A DNA stretch of 64,000 nt. It comes from an uncultured Verrucomicrobiae bacterium. GTDB lineage: Bacteria > Verrucomicrobiota > Verrucomicrobiia > Limisphaerales > JAFGQR01. The stretch's first letter is position 1; each line of letters begins with the position of its first letter. Of the stretch, positions 1 to 10,063 are shown piece after piece. The DNA is taken from the NCBI GenBank assembly GCA_963788655.1, contig CAWBHS010000065.1:1-64000 (forward strand). The letters run 5' to 3'. Both the position numbers and the translations under genes were made by a program. The notes beneath the pieces were generated by a model. The model did not search any database. It had not been told where the DNA came from and was given only the letters and a program-made list of their open reading frames with translations.

Positions 1-2
1 GG

Positions 3-513
3 GTGAGTTTGCGTCTGGGCGTGCTGGCCGAACTGAGTCCGCTGGTGCGCGGGGAGATTTTCGACGGAACCTTTCCGGTTTACTCCTACCTCTACACCCT
101 GCGGCCGTTTAGGCGTCTAAACGGCGCGGCGGCCCTCGACGAGTTCGTGGCGGCGTTGCGCGGCAAAAAACTCAGTGCCCGGCAAATGGAGCAGTTGGCG
201 CACGGTTTTTTCCGCGGCCCGGAGTCGTTGCGGGAGCAGATCCGCCAAGGGCATCTGACCTTGCCGCTGCAACAGCTCAAGGAGTTGCCCGAGGATCCGG
301 ACGGGTGCAGCGAGTTTGAACGCCGGGTGGTCGCGGATCTGGAGCAGGCCCAGAGGATCCTGGTCCGCCTCATGACCAAAAGCACCAATCCCAGCCGACT
401 CTCCAGCCGTCCGTTTCGCGCCCAAGCCCATTTGCTGTGCGCCGGGTTGCTGTCCCGGTTGCCGGCCTTCTAAAACCATCCAAAAACTCCATGATCACTG
501 CGGACAAACGTAA
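3..513 (+). CDS. C-terminal part of a putative ParB/Spo0J-like protein (5' truncated; probable frameshift near 470)
   Basis: ORF 3..473 begins (W)VSLRLG, like the HTH end of ParB-like proteins I recall upstream of some IS21 transposases. A shifted frame continues KTIQKLHDHCGQT* and overlaps the istA start. Confidence 0.45.
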
Positions 514-1957
514 AGCGGTCTTCCTGTTGCATCAGGAAGGCGTCCCAAAGCGGGCGATTGCCCGTCAACTTCGACTCAGTCGCAACGCGGTGCGGCGGAT
601 TATCACCCAGTCCGGGCAGATGCCCCCGACCGTCGCCCGCCGCGAGTGGTGTTGGATGGCGACCTGTTGCGCCAACTGCACCAGGAGTGTGAGGGCTACG
701 CCCAGCGCATGACCGAAAAGCTGCGGGAAGAACACGGCATCACGGTCAAATACTCGACCCTGACGCGGCATCTGCGGGACCTGGGCATCACCGGCCCGAG
801 TCCGGCGCGCTGTCAAAAAGTGCCCGACGAACCCGGAGCGGAGATGCAGCATGATACCAGCCCGTTCACAGTGTGGGTGGGCCCGCAGCGGCTGCGGCTG
901 CAGGCCAGCCTGCTTTATCTGCGGTATTCCAAGCGGCGGTATCTGCAGTTCTACCCCGTCTTCGATCGCTTTCACCTGAAGTGCTTCCTGCATCTGGCCT
1001 TGATGCATTGGGGTTATGCGCCGCGGGTCTGCGTCATCGACAACACCAATCTGGCCCGTTGGCGCGGGTTGGGCGCTCGCGCGGTGATGGTCCCGGAGAT
1101 GGAAGTCTTCGCGCGCGGCTACGGCTTCAAGTTCCTGTGCCATGCGCCCAAGCATGCGGATCGGAAAGCAGGCGAGGAACGCAGCTTCCTGACCGTCGAA
1201 ACCAACTTCATTCCGGGCCGCACGTTTACCAGTCTGGAGGATCTCAACCACCAAGCTCTGGCGTGGTCCACCGTGCGGATGGAACAGCGACCGCAGGGCA
1301 AGGCCGGCCTCATTCCCGCGCAGGCCTTCGAATACGAACGCCAGTTCCTGACGCCACTGCCCCGGCATCTCCCGGCCCCTTACCAACTGTTGGATCGTTC
1401 CATCGACGAATACGGCTTCGTCGCCGTCGAGGGCAATTACTACGAAATGCCCGGCACCGGCCGGGGACAGGTCCAGGTGTTGCGCTACCTCCATCACGTG
1501 GTTCTTGGCCAGGATCGTCGCGCGGTGATCCAATACGCCCTGCCACCCTGGGGCGTGAAGAACCAGATCGTGCGCGCTCCCGGCCAGCCGGCGCGCTATC
1601 GCCCCCGCCACCTTCAACGCTCCAGTCACGAAGAGGAAAAACGTGCGCGCCCTGGCGCCGGAAGTCGCCGCCTACATCGACTTCATCCTCGCCACCCCGG
1701 GTCTGTTGCGTCACCAGTTCCTGCGCCGGCTCTGGGCGCGCCACCAACGCTGGGGCACGGGGCTGTTCCGGCGCACCGTGGAGCGAGCCCACCGCTACCA
1801 CATCACCAACCTGGAGACGATCGAACGCATCGCCCGGTTGCTCCTGGACGACACCGCGCTGCCCGAGCCCATGGTCGATCCCGATCTGGAAAAACGCCCC
1901 GCCTATCAGGAGGGCTCTCTCACCGACACGCCCGACCTCTCGCGCTATGATGACTGA
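491..1957 (+). CDS. istA: IS21-family transposase IstA (frameshifts near 645 and 1643)
   Basis: N-terminal HTH (LHQEGVPKRAIARQLRLSRNAVRR) from ATG 491. DDE-like motifs QHDTSP / VIDNTN / KAGEERSF in ORF 646..1950. C-terminal tail in ORF 1643..1957. Confidence 0.85.
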
Positions 1958-2687
1958 CACCCTGGCTGCGCAGTTGAAATACCTCCGCCTGACGGGCCTG
2001 TTGGCCCGCTGGGACGAATATTTGAAAGCCGCCGCTCAATCCAATCTCTCGCATGCCCGGCTGCTCACTCGCGTGATCGAGGAGGAATACCGGCTCAAGT
2101 GTGACCAGGCCCGTGAGCAGCGCCTCAAGCTGGCCAAAATCCCGGAGAAGCTGGTGCTCGATACCTTTCCCTTCGCTCGCCAACCCAAGCTCAACCAGAA
2201 GAAGATCCTGGCCCTCTACGACTCCATGGCTTTCCTCAAGGACAAACAAAATATCCTCTGGATGGGCGGCACCGGGGTCGGCAAGACCGGCTTGGCGACC
2301 GGCTTCCTCATCCAGGCCATCCATCAGGGAGCCCGCGGTCGTTACGTGCTCTTTGCCGATCTGCTGCACGAACTGCACCGCTCCCAGGCTGACCGTTCCC
2401 AGGCCCGTGTCCTGCGTCGCTATCTCCAATACGATATACTTTTGGTGGACGAAATTGGGTACGTCGAGGCCGAGCCCGCGCAAGTCGGCCTCTTCTTCAC
2501 CCTCCTGCACAAGCGCCACCGACAGCGCTCGACGCTCCTCACCTCCAACCTGGGGTTTAGCGAGTGGGCCTCCTTCCTGAAGAACCCCCATCTGACCGCC
2601 GCCTTGATCGACCGGCTGACCGAATCCAGCCACGTCTTCAACATGAAAGACTGCGTCAGCCTGCGCACCAGGATGACCGAGTCATGA
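1947..2687 (+). CDS. istB: IS21-family AAA+ ATPase IstB
   Basis: MMTDTLAAQLKYLRL start; Walker A GGTGVGKT; Walker B LLVDEIGY; TSNLGFSEW and AALIDRL motifs. Confidence 0.93.
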   Translation: MMTDTLAAQLKYLRLTGLLARWDEYLKAAAQSNLSHARLLTRVIEEEYRLKCDQAREQRLKLAKIPEKLVLDTFPFARQPKLNQKKILALYDSMAFLKDKQNILWMGGTGVGKTGLATGFLIQAIHQGARGRYVLFADLLHELHRSQADRSQARVLRRYLQYDILLVDEIGYVEAEPAQVGLFFTLLHKRHRQRSTLLTSNLGFSEWASFLKNPHLTAALIDRLTESSHVFNMKDCVSLRTRMTES

Positions 2688-3589
2688 ACCCCGTGAGATA
2701 CACCCCCGCAGACCATCCGCACAGTTCCCCATCGTTATCTCACGGGGTGAACTGGCGCGCCCGAGCCGACCGCCTGCGCGCCCTGCCGCTGCCGGTCGTC
2801 CTGGCGGCGTTGGAGGCCACCCCCGATCCCGGCGACCGGGCCAAGTGGCGCACCGCCCGCGGCGTGCTCTCCGTCACCGGCGCCAAGTTCATCAACTGGA
2901 GCCAAGGCGTCGGCGGTGGCGGCGCCATCGACTTGGTCATGCACATGCACCAACTGGGCTTTGGCCGGGCCCTGCAATGGTTGGAAGAGCGCTTCGGCAC
3001 TGGGCCGCCGGTCCAACCCGCCTTCAGCCCGGCGCCCCGGGTACTGACGCTCCCGCCTCCGTCGATGCACCACTGGCCCCGCGTTGAACGTTACCTCGTC
3101 GAACAACGGCAACTCCCGCGCTGGTTGCTCACGCCGCTCGTTCACGCCGGGATCATTTACGCGGACGCAAGGGCCAATGCTGTCTTCCTATTGGGCGACA
3201 CCCCAGCCACCGCGGTCGGCGCTGAACTGCGTGGCACCACCTCTGGGTCCTGGCGCGGCCTGGCTCCAGGCTCCCGCAAAGATGACGGCTGCTTCTCGGT
3301 GTCCACCGCCTCCGCCCAGGCCATCGTGCTCTGCGAATCGGCCATCGACGCCCTCAGTTGCCACGTCCTTCATCCGACCTTCCGCTGCCTCTCCACCTCC
3401 GGCGCCAGACCCGCCCCTGCCTGGCTCAGCGTCTGGCTCCGTTTGGGCCTGCCCCTCTTCTGCGGCTTCGACGCGGATCCCACCGGCGACGCCATGGCCC
3501 ATCGCATGATCGAGTCTCATCCTGCCATCGTCCGACTTCGTCCTCCGGCCAAAGACTGGAACGACGCCCTGCGTCTCCAGTCCCGCTGA
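2684..3589 (+). CDS. DUF3991/TOPRIM-domain primase-like protein
   Basis: ATGA overlap with the istB stop. GGGGAIDLV zinc-finger-like segment, YLVEQRQLP, TOPRIM motifs CESAIDALS and GFDAD, C-terminal KDWNDAL. Confidence 0.75.
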   Translation: MNPVRYTPADHPHSSPSLSHGVNWRARADRLRALPLPVVLAALEATPDPGDRAKWRTARGVLSVTGAKFINWSQGVGGGGAIDLVMHMHQLGFGRALQWLEERFGTGPPVQPAFSPAPRVLTLPPPSMHHWPRVERYLVEQRQLPRWLLTPLVHAGIIYADARANAVFLLGDTPATAVGAELRGTTSGSWRGLAPGSRKDDGCFSVSTASAQAIVLCESAIDALSCHVLHPTFRCLSTSGARPAPAWLSVWLRLGLPLFCGFDADPTGDAMAHRMIESHPAIVRLRPPAKDWNDALRLQSR

Positions 3590-3690
3590 ATCCGTCGCTT
3601 CCCTCGTCTCCGCGATCCGCGCTTCGTCGTTCCCTACTCGGAACCCGTCTTCCTCCCTGGAAAGGAAATCCCTCTGCCCTTCAGCCAGGT

Positions 3691-3739
3691 GGGTCACTTC
3701 TCATGAGCACCCCCGGGTCAATTTTCGTGAGCGGCGACG
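3691..3739 (+). repeat. IS21-type subterminal repeats at the right end of the element
   Basis: GGGTCACTTCTCATGAGC (3691-3708) and GGGTCAATTTTCGTGAGC (3715-3732), 24-bp period, followed by GGCGAC. Confidence 0.65.
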
Positions 3740-3795
3740 CCAACAACCGTTGGGTTCACATAAACTGTTGGGTTGGTCAGGCCATCCGGCCGTGG

Positions 3796-4635
3796 TCAAT
3801 TGCGTTTTTCAATCGAACCGTCATGCAGCACCACCCCGATGAAGCGCCATTTCTTGAGGAAGGCCGCGTGGGTTAAGGCTTGTTTGCCGAAAGATGGATC
3901 GCCCACGATCACGTAGCGGTCCGTGACTTCGAGGACCACCTGGTAATGATCCACCAGCAAACCGAACTTGATCACGGCCAGGGTTAGACCGGCTTGTCGC
4001 AATTCGTCCAGGGACTTGAACTGCTTCAGTTCGCACTTCAGACCATCGGCCTGATACTTGGTCTGCAAAACCTGGCAAAGGATGTCCGGCGGCGTGCCCA
4101 TGGCGTCGCTCGTATGGGCCAGAATTGCCAACTCCCCTTCCTCGGCGGGCAGACCCAGGCGGCGCAGCGCGGTGACGGCGGCAGCCGGACCGCAACTGTA
4201 GCTGGTGCTCTGCCGGCAGATACCGTCCTCGTCAATCTGCGTGAGGAGCGTGGCCAGATAGTTGCGGTTCAGCGCCGAAGCCGCGAATGGCCAGACGGAA
4301 GCATAACTGACAAAAACCACCATCAACAGCACCACCCAACGGCGTTGCCGGGGCGACGGCAGGCGCGACAACGGGGTGGTAAGCACCAACGGCGTGACCA
4401 GCGCAATGACCACAAAAGGGGTGCGCCCGGTCATCAGCCAGACAAAGGGTGCGTGGAAAGCAAGCGCGGGAAAGCGTCGGCCCAAGCCCATGATCAGAAT
4501 GATGGCCAGCGGCAGGAAATAGCCCAACAGCCAATAAGGTCTGCGCCAAGACGAGATCCACCAACCCAATCCCGCTCCGGCCAGCGCCAGCAGGGTAACG
4601 CCGATCGTTTCCAGCCACGGATTCATAATCGCCAA
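3796..4635 (-). CDS. Membrane-anchored C39-family cysteine peptidase
   Basis: About four N-terminal hydrophobic segments, then QSTSYSCGPAA (Cys), DHYQVV (His), VGDP (Asp). Confidence 0.8.
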   Translation of the reverse strand: MAIMNPWLETIGVTLLALAGAGLGWWISSWRRPYWLLGYFLPLAIILIMGLGRRFPALAFHAPFVWLMTGRTPFVVIALVTPLVLTTPLSRLPSPRQRRWVVLLMVVFVSYASVWPFAASALNRNYLATLLTQIDEDGICRQSTSYSCGPAAAVTALRRLGLPAEEGELAILAHTSDAMGTPPDILCQVLQTKYQADGLKCELKQFKSLDELRQAGLTLAVIKFGLLVDHYQVVLEVTDRYVIVGDPSFGKQALTHAAFLKKWRFIGVVLHDGSIEKRN

Positions 4636-4757
4636 GTCAATTTTGCCATTCGGATTGTCGTTGCAATGGGCCGCGTATGCTGGCGTCCTTTGAAAAACTG
4701 CAAAGAACCGCTTGCCACGCCGTAGGGTTTTAGGGCATATATTCGCCCGTGTTTAGC

Positions 4758-4832
4758 GACCCTATCGTCTAGCGGTTAGGACACCGCCCTTTCACGGCGG
4801 TAGCAGGGGTTCGAGTCCCCTTAGGGTCGCCA
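4758..4832 (+). tRNA. tRNA-Glu (TTC)
   Basis: Acceptor GACCCTA/TAGGGTC, anticodon arm CCGCC-CT-TTC-AC-GGCGG, T-loop GTTCGAGTC, encoded CCA. Confidence 0.97.
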
Positions 4833-4855
4833 CTTCCCTCAAACCAGCCAGCAAA

Positions 4856-6454
4856 CTACGGTCGGGTGACGGCCCGAAAGAAACGCAAGGACAAATCCGG
4901 CGAAGCACTGTTTGTGTAAAACCACGCGCCTCCGGTCAGCCGATTCGTCTGCAACGGGATCCATTCTTCAAAGTTCGTGGTTCCCTCGATCACCACGTCG
5001 TTGGCCGCATTACCGGTAACTTCGAAATAACATCGTCCGTCCGTCAACAACGCGGGTGCTTCCAAGTGCAGTTCTGTGAGGTTCAAATTCAGGTTCCACA
5101 ACATCGATTGGCCGAGCAAGCCAGCGGGGTCAGACCGTACTTTTGCACTGTGGTCCTGGACCGTCGCCTGAACGGTGTGGCTGCCATTGCCCAAGGACGA
5201 TGGGTTTAGACTGAAGGTGAGATTGGTCGCCCCGGAGACCGGCATCCCGTTGGTGCTCCATTGCACGCCGACTGAATTGGACGCTGGTTGCAATACGGTG
5301 ACGTTGAACGTCAGCGGCTCCGAGGTGGTGACCGAGAAATTGGTGACTGCCGGCTGGAGAGTATCAATCGGCCGCACGTGCTGGTAAATCGCCAGCACCA
5401 GCGCCTGCTGGCAGACTTCGCAGAAGGGACTGTAAGTATCATGCATGAGGCAATAGCGCTTCGGTCGATACCAACCAGTCGGGGAATAATGGGCGCCTTC
5501 GAACAAGCCCACTTTGTCCATATACTCGAAGGTCGGAGGCGTGGGGATGGGCGTATCCGGTTCGATCCACGCGTTCCACTTGATGAACTCGCGCCGGGTT
5601 TCACGAGTGGTGTTGGGATGTTCAATGTCTGGATACGTAAACCCGGGAACCTCGTAATCGTATTCGTCACCCAACTGGCCCAGCGTGTGCCCGGATTCGT
5701 GGACGAGGATTTCCGGACCGGCGGCGCTGGCAACGGAAGCCACGATGATTGGCCCGCCCGAGCCGCCAGGCATCGGATCGTTCACCAGCAGGAGGGGCAA
5801 ATCGCAATCGGGCATGAATTGCGTCAGCAACGCCTGGACTTTGCCCTCGCCATCCTGGTTGCTCGGGATGGTGACAAAATAATCGCTCACGTAAGCGCTG
5901 TTGAAATAGGTGTCACGATATAAAGGATAACCCGGATGGTCTGAGCCGGATTGGTTGGATTCGACGGCAATGGCAAACGCGTTGAAGTGATTGCGGTATT
6001 CCTGGTAGGGCTGCCAGGACAACAAGGTGTTCACCGCGTTGGTCGCATCCACCAGGAACTGACCCAATTGCGCACTGGTGTAGCCTTCGGACAAAACCAC
6101 GACGTTCAGCCGATTGGCCACGGGTCCGTTGGTCAGAAGCGTATGGAACGTCGGTGCCGCGGCCCAACACGAACCAGCGGTCATCAACGCGAGCACCAGC
6201 AATTGGCTGAGGGCGGGGAGGGCTGCTTGAAGGGTTGAAGGGTTGAAGCGTTGAAGGGGATGGGAAATTGCGCGGCTCGCGAAAGTCCGCACTAACGGCT
6301 GGACTGGAATGCTCAAGCAGTTCAAGCCACCAAAGCACAGAGTCTTCAGACGATACCAACTGCGAACCTGCGGGCAGCCCGAAGAACGGCCCCAAGCCGA
6401 GCCAGCCATTAGAGCCTTAAGGTTCATTCCGATGTTGGTGCCGCGAGACGCCAT
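4856..6454 (-). CDS. Secreted M64-family (IgA-peptidase-like) metallopeptidase; true start probably downstream of the ORF start
   Basis: VVLSEGYT, HESGHTLGQLGDEY zincin motif, GLFEGA..GWYRP..CLM..FCEVC, followed by Ig-like C-terminal domains. Confidence 0.85.
   Translation of the reverse strand: MASRGTNIGMNLKALMAGSAWGRSSGCPQVRSWYRLKTLCFGGLNCLSIPVQPLVRTFASRAISHPLQRFNPSTLQAALPALSQLLVLALMTAGSCWAAAPTFHTLLTNGPVANRLNVVVLSEGYTSAQLGQFLVDATNAVNTLLSWQPYQEYRNHFNAFAIAVESNQSGSDHPGYPLYRDTYFNSAYVSDYFVTIPSNQDGEGKVQALLTQFMPDCDLPLLLVNDPMPGGSGGPIIVASVASAAGPEILVHESGHTLGQLGDEYDYEVPGFTYPDIEHPNTTRETRREFIKWNAWIEPDTPIPTPPTFEYMDKVGLFEGAHYSPTGWYRPKRYCLMHDTYSPFCEVCQQALVLAIYQHVRPIDTLQPAVTNFSVTTSEPLTFNVTVLQPASNSVGVQWSTNGMPVSGATNLTFSLNPSSLGNGSHTVQATVQDHSAKVRSDPAGLLGQSMLWNLNLNLTELHLEAPALLTDGRCYFEVTGNAANDVVIEGTTNFEEWIPLQTNRLTGGAWFYTNSASPDLSLRFFRAVTRP
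6227..6258. repeat. Short tandem repeat (TTGAAGSG)x4
   Basis: ttgaaggg ttgaaggg ttgaagcg ttgaaggg read directly from the sequence. Confidence 0.8.
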
Positions 6455-6498
6455 AAGCCACTTACCATACCATCGTCACGCGCTGAAAGAAACGAAGT

Positions 6499-9303
6499 TC
6501 ACGGAGCAGGTTGCCAGGAGAGACGGAAGTACCGGGGGCCATTGGTGGCTCCGATCATGGCGGTGTATTTCCCGTTGGCCAGGGTGATGGGAACGTCGGA
6601 GGCAGGGCCCCATTGAATGGGAGGCGTAAGATCGGCGGTCTGTTGCAGTTGGGACGGCGAAACACTCGCGGGCCAGGTCAACTGCATCAGGCCGGGAGCC
6701 GGGCGCATCAGGGTCAACTCGGCAGTCAAGCTCACGGCCACGCAGGCGGAGAATTCCGAAGTGTTGTCATCCGGGTCGGTGGCAGTCGCAGTGATGGAAT
6801 AGCCAAGCGGTACTCCATGCGGCACCGTCACAGCAAAGTCAGCGTTGCAGTCACCAGCCGTGGCCACGGCGGTTTCGCCCAGGAAGATGGCGCCTTCGCC
6901 GTAGCCCAGGGAATCGCAATCGGGATTGGCGAAAAACTGCAGGCGATATAATTTGTTGGGTGCGCTGTTCAGGCTGCCCGCGACCAACGTGTCACTGCCA
7001 CTGTACACGGTGGCCAACACCGGGTAGTTTTGCCGCAAGTTTCCCCCGGTGTCCGCATCGCAATTGTCATTAGCGGAGACCCGCGGGTCACTGATGTCGA
7101 TACCCACGGTGGTGTTTCCAAAAATCTCATTGTCCAGGATCGCGTTGTTGGCGCTGCCATCGCGCACCCGCACTCCGGCGTAGTTTTTTGCGAACGCGAT
7201 GCGATTGCCGCGCCCGGCTCCACCAATAATGTTGTGAAAGGAGTTGGCTTCGAGATCGATGCCAAAGTAAAGGTTCCCCAAGTCGGACACGCCGTCGCTG
7301 GCCGTGCCGATCCAGTTATTTTCCACCGTGTTTCTGGTCGCGTTGACCATCCGGATACCCCACCAATTGCTCCCGGCGATCTGGTTACCGAGCTCGGCGA
7401 CGGCGCCGCCGATTTGGTTGGAAGAAGACCTTTGAATGTAAATGCCTTCCGTGCTGGGGTGGCCGAGGTCCTTGGTACCGGTGACATCCACGCCAATGCG
7501 GTTCCCCTGAATCTGGTTGCAGCAGGCGAAATTAGTGATGAAGATGCCGCCGTCCCGATTGGCCGCAATCACGTTGCCAAAATTCGGCGCGGCCCCGCCG
7601 ATCAAATTGGCGGATGCTTCCCAGATCCGCACGCCGTCCCGGCCATTGGCGAGGGCTTTCGTTCCCGTTGCCTCCGTACCGATGAAATTGCCTTGGATTT
7701 GATTGGAAACCGCCGTGCCTCCGAACAGAAAAACGCCATCCAGCGCGTTACCGGAAATGACATTCCGGGCTGCCGGTGCCGCTCCGCCGATGCGGTTTCC
7801 GGCGGATTCAAGGCGAATGCCGGTATCCTCGTTGGGCAACGCTTGCGTGCCGGTGGCGTCAGTGCCGATATAATTGCCCGCCACGATATTTCCGGAGGCG
7901 GCGGCATTGGCCACATAGACACCCTGGTATTTGTTGCCGGAAATGACGTTCCGCACGCCGGAGTCAGTACCGCCGATTTCGTTATTGCGGGCACCTTCAA
8001 TAGTAACGCCGGCGAAAAAGTTGCCCAAGGCATTGGTCCCGCTGACGTCCACGCCGATAAAATTACCGGCCACACGGTTCCCAGTGGCATTGCTGGCGAC
8101 GATCAGCACGCCGCTTTGGTGATTGGCAGAAACGACGTTTCGGGCCGCCGCGAGGTTGCCACCGATCAAATTGCTCGAGCCCATATCGATGGCCACGCCA
8201 TTGTAATGGTTGCCAAGGGCCAGGCGGCCCGTGACATCGGTACCGATCAAGTTGCCTTGGACGGCGTTGTTGCGGGCATTGGCGCCGCTGATCAGCAATC
8301 CCCGTTCACCGTTGCCGGAGATCAAGTTGCCGGCACCGGCATTCGTGCCGCCCACGGTGACGTTTTGCCCGTTCAACAGGCCGATCCCGTCGCTCGTGTT
8401 GGGCAGCGCAGTCGTGCCAGTCAGATCCGTACCAATGTAGTTCCCTTGAATGATGTTTCCGGTGGCCCCACCAAAATCGTCAAACAACTCGATCCCCTTT
8501 TGCTGGTTGCCCGAAATGACGTTGCCTTGGCCTGGAGCGCTCCCCCCAATGCGGTTGTACGGGGCGTTGTAGATAATGATGCCATTGGTGCGGTTGCCGA
8601 GCGCATGCGTACCGGCAGCATCCAGGCCGATGAAATTGCCTTCAACGCGGTTGCTCCGGCTGCTGTTGTCGTACAGGTAAATGCCAGCGCCCACATTGCC
8701 GGAAATCACGTTCCGATCGGCACTATGCGTACCGCCGATTTGATTGTTGCCGGATCGGAAAACCAGGATGCCGACATTCACATTGCCTAGGGCGCTGGTT
8801 CCCGGCAGGTCCACCCCAACGTAATTCCCTTGGATCACGTGTCCGCCATAACCCTGGAGGTTGACCCCGTAGTTGCGAAACCGATTGATGCCCAGGCCAC
8901 GAATGGAACAGCCGGAAGTGAGCAATGTGAGCCCGGAAGCCGTCGAACCGGCATTGGCGCCATTTAATTCGATCAATGGCTGGCCGTTGAATCCGGGCTG
9001 AGTCGTCCCGTCGATGTCCACGGCCTCCGTGATCGATGGGAGCGAGGTGGCTGGGGCAATGCTGTGAACGCCGGTTCCCGGAAGGGCGAACGCGATCCGA
9101 TCATTGCCCGCAACATTTGGCGTCGCATTGGCTTGCAGGATGGCCTCTCGCAGCGTTCCCGTGCCCGAATCGGCTGGTGAAGTTACGGTAAAAACCATTC
9201 CCGCGCCCAGCGGAAAAGTCATTGTCATCGCGAGGCACGCCAAGAAAAAACACCGGCAACCCGCGCGCACTCGGTTGTGTCCTGGCAGAGAGGGTATGGT
9301 CAT
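6499..9303 (-). CDS. Secreted right-handed parallel beta-helix repeat protein
   Basis: Signal-peptide-like N-terminus, DSGTGTLREAI motif, many GN(V/L)ISGN / GNxIGTD repeats, C-terminal QNYPVL and NTSEFS. Confidence 0.85.
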   Translation of the reverse strand: MTIPSLPGHNRVRAGCRCFFLACLAMTMTFPLGAGMVFTVTSPADSGTGTLREAILQANATPNVAGNDRIAFALPGTGVHSIAPATSLPSITEAVDIDGTTQPGFNGQPLIELNGANAGSTASGLTLLTSGCSIRGLGINRFRNYGVNLQGYGGHVIQGNYVGVDLPGTSALGNVNVGILVFRSGNNQIGGTHSADRNVISGNVGAGIYLYDNSSRSNRVEGNFIGLDAAGTHALGNRTNGIIIYNAPYNRIGGSAPGQGNVISGNQQKGIELFDDFGGATGNIIQGNYIGTDLTGTTALPNTSDGIGLLNGQNVTVGGTNAGAGNLISGNGERGLLISGANARNNAVQGNLIGTDVTGRLALGNHYNGVAIDMGSSNLIGGNLAAARNVVSANHQSGVLIVASNATGNRVAGNFIGVDVSGTNALGNFFAGVTIEGARNNEIGGTDSGVRNVISGNKYQGVYVANAAASGNIVAGNYIGTDATGTQALPNEDTGIRLESAGNRIGGAAPAARNVISGNALDGVFLFGGTAVSNQIQGNFIGTEATGTKALANGRDGVRIWEASANLIGGAAPNFGNVIAANRDGGIFITNFACCNQIQGNRIGVDVTGTKDLGHPSTEGIYIQRSSSNQIGGAVAELGNQIAGSNWWGIRMVNATRNTVENNWIGTASDGVSDLGNLYFGIDLEANSFHNIIGGAGRGNRIAFAKNYAGVRVRDGSANNAILDNEIFGNTTVGIDISDPRVSANDNCDADTGGNLRQNYPVLATVYSGSDTLVAGSLNSAPNKLYRLQFFANPDCDSLGYGEGAIFLGETAVATAGDCNADFAVTVPHGVPLGYSITATATDPDDNTSEFSACVAVSLTAELTLMRPAPGLMQLTWPASVSPSQLQQTADLTPPIQWGPASDVPITLANGKYTAMIGATNGPRYFRLSWQPAP

Positions 9304-9859
9304 GCAGGAATGGTTTTAGAGGATTATCGTCCAGCCTGCTTCGGAACCTTACGCCGAAGTGCCTTTGCCGCAAGGAAGTGTCAACTCGTTATCCATCGAT
9401 TGTGATCGAGACGATAACCGAGCGCGTGGTTAGAAGCAAGGACAACCTTGAACTTAACCCGGGCAAATCAGACGCCGGATCCCACGATGCCGCACTCGCA
9501 CAACCGTTGCTCCCGAAAACTGGCAAGTCTCACAACCGGAGCAAATTTTGCCGGATAGTGATAGATTGGCGAGGTGGGGCGGACTGAGGAGGATTGCCCC
9601 GATCACAGCCGCGTCGAATTGAGAAGCGTCGCCAGAACTCGAGCAACGCCAACAGAGCCAGGTATTTGGCGTAGGTTTACACTTCTGGCGTGCTCGCACA
9701 TCACGACCGCATTCCAGCACGACATTTGTCGGCAACTGTAGGCAGTGTTTTCTTGCCGGATCCACTGTTGAAATCGCTTCGCCCGCGACTACGGTAGACC
9801 GCAAGTTCCCTGGTTGCTGTGCGCTTGCTTGCCGTAGCTGATTGCAGCACACTGGCACC

Positions 9860-10063
9860 ATGTTGCAGGATGAACAAACCAGCCCGGAGCAAATCGATTC
9901 CTTCCGGCGGATGACGCCTGATCGACGACTCGCGCTGGCGGAGCGCCTTTACTGGTCTGCCCGGGAATGGAAGGCCTCGGGGCTGCGGATGCAGCACCCG
10001 GACTGGTCGGAGGCGCAAGTGTCGCGCGAAGTGACCCGCATTTTCCGCGATGCCCGAACCTGA
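9860..10063 (+). CDS. Small helical protein, putative antitoxin/partner of the downstream nucleotidyltransferase
   Basis: 67 aa (FRRMTPDRRLALA...LRMQHPDWSE); overlaps the next gene by 14 nt. Confidence 0.6.
   Translation: MLQDEQTSPEQIDSFRRMTPDRRLALAERLYWSAREWKASGLRMQHPDWSEAQVSREVTRIFRDART

Larger units (their letters stand above)
1..3739 (+). mobile_element. IS21-family element with passenger genes (left end outside window)
   Basis: istA-istB pair, with tightly coupled ORFs on both sides. Two 18-bp subterminal repeats lie at 3691-3708 and 3715-3732, after which unrelated sequence begins. Confidence 0.75.

Noticed and set aside
640..1650. Programmed frameshifting within istA
   Set aside because: Neither break has a convincing slippery site, and similar single indels occur in housekeeping genes (uvrA, rbsA), so sequencing error is the simpler explanation.
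873..1946. Long N-terminal extension of IstB (604-aa ORF)
   Set aside because: It overlaps istA out of frame and has low-information composition; IstB similarity starts at 1947.
7030..8790. 586-aa plus-strand ORF
   Set aside because: Antisense shadow of the beta-helix gene in GC-rich DNA.
9304..9859. ncRNA or gene in the long divergent intergenic region
   Set aside because: No recognisable motif or convincing ORF by eye; a covariance search would be needed.
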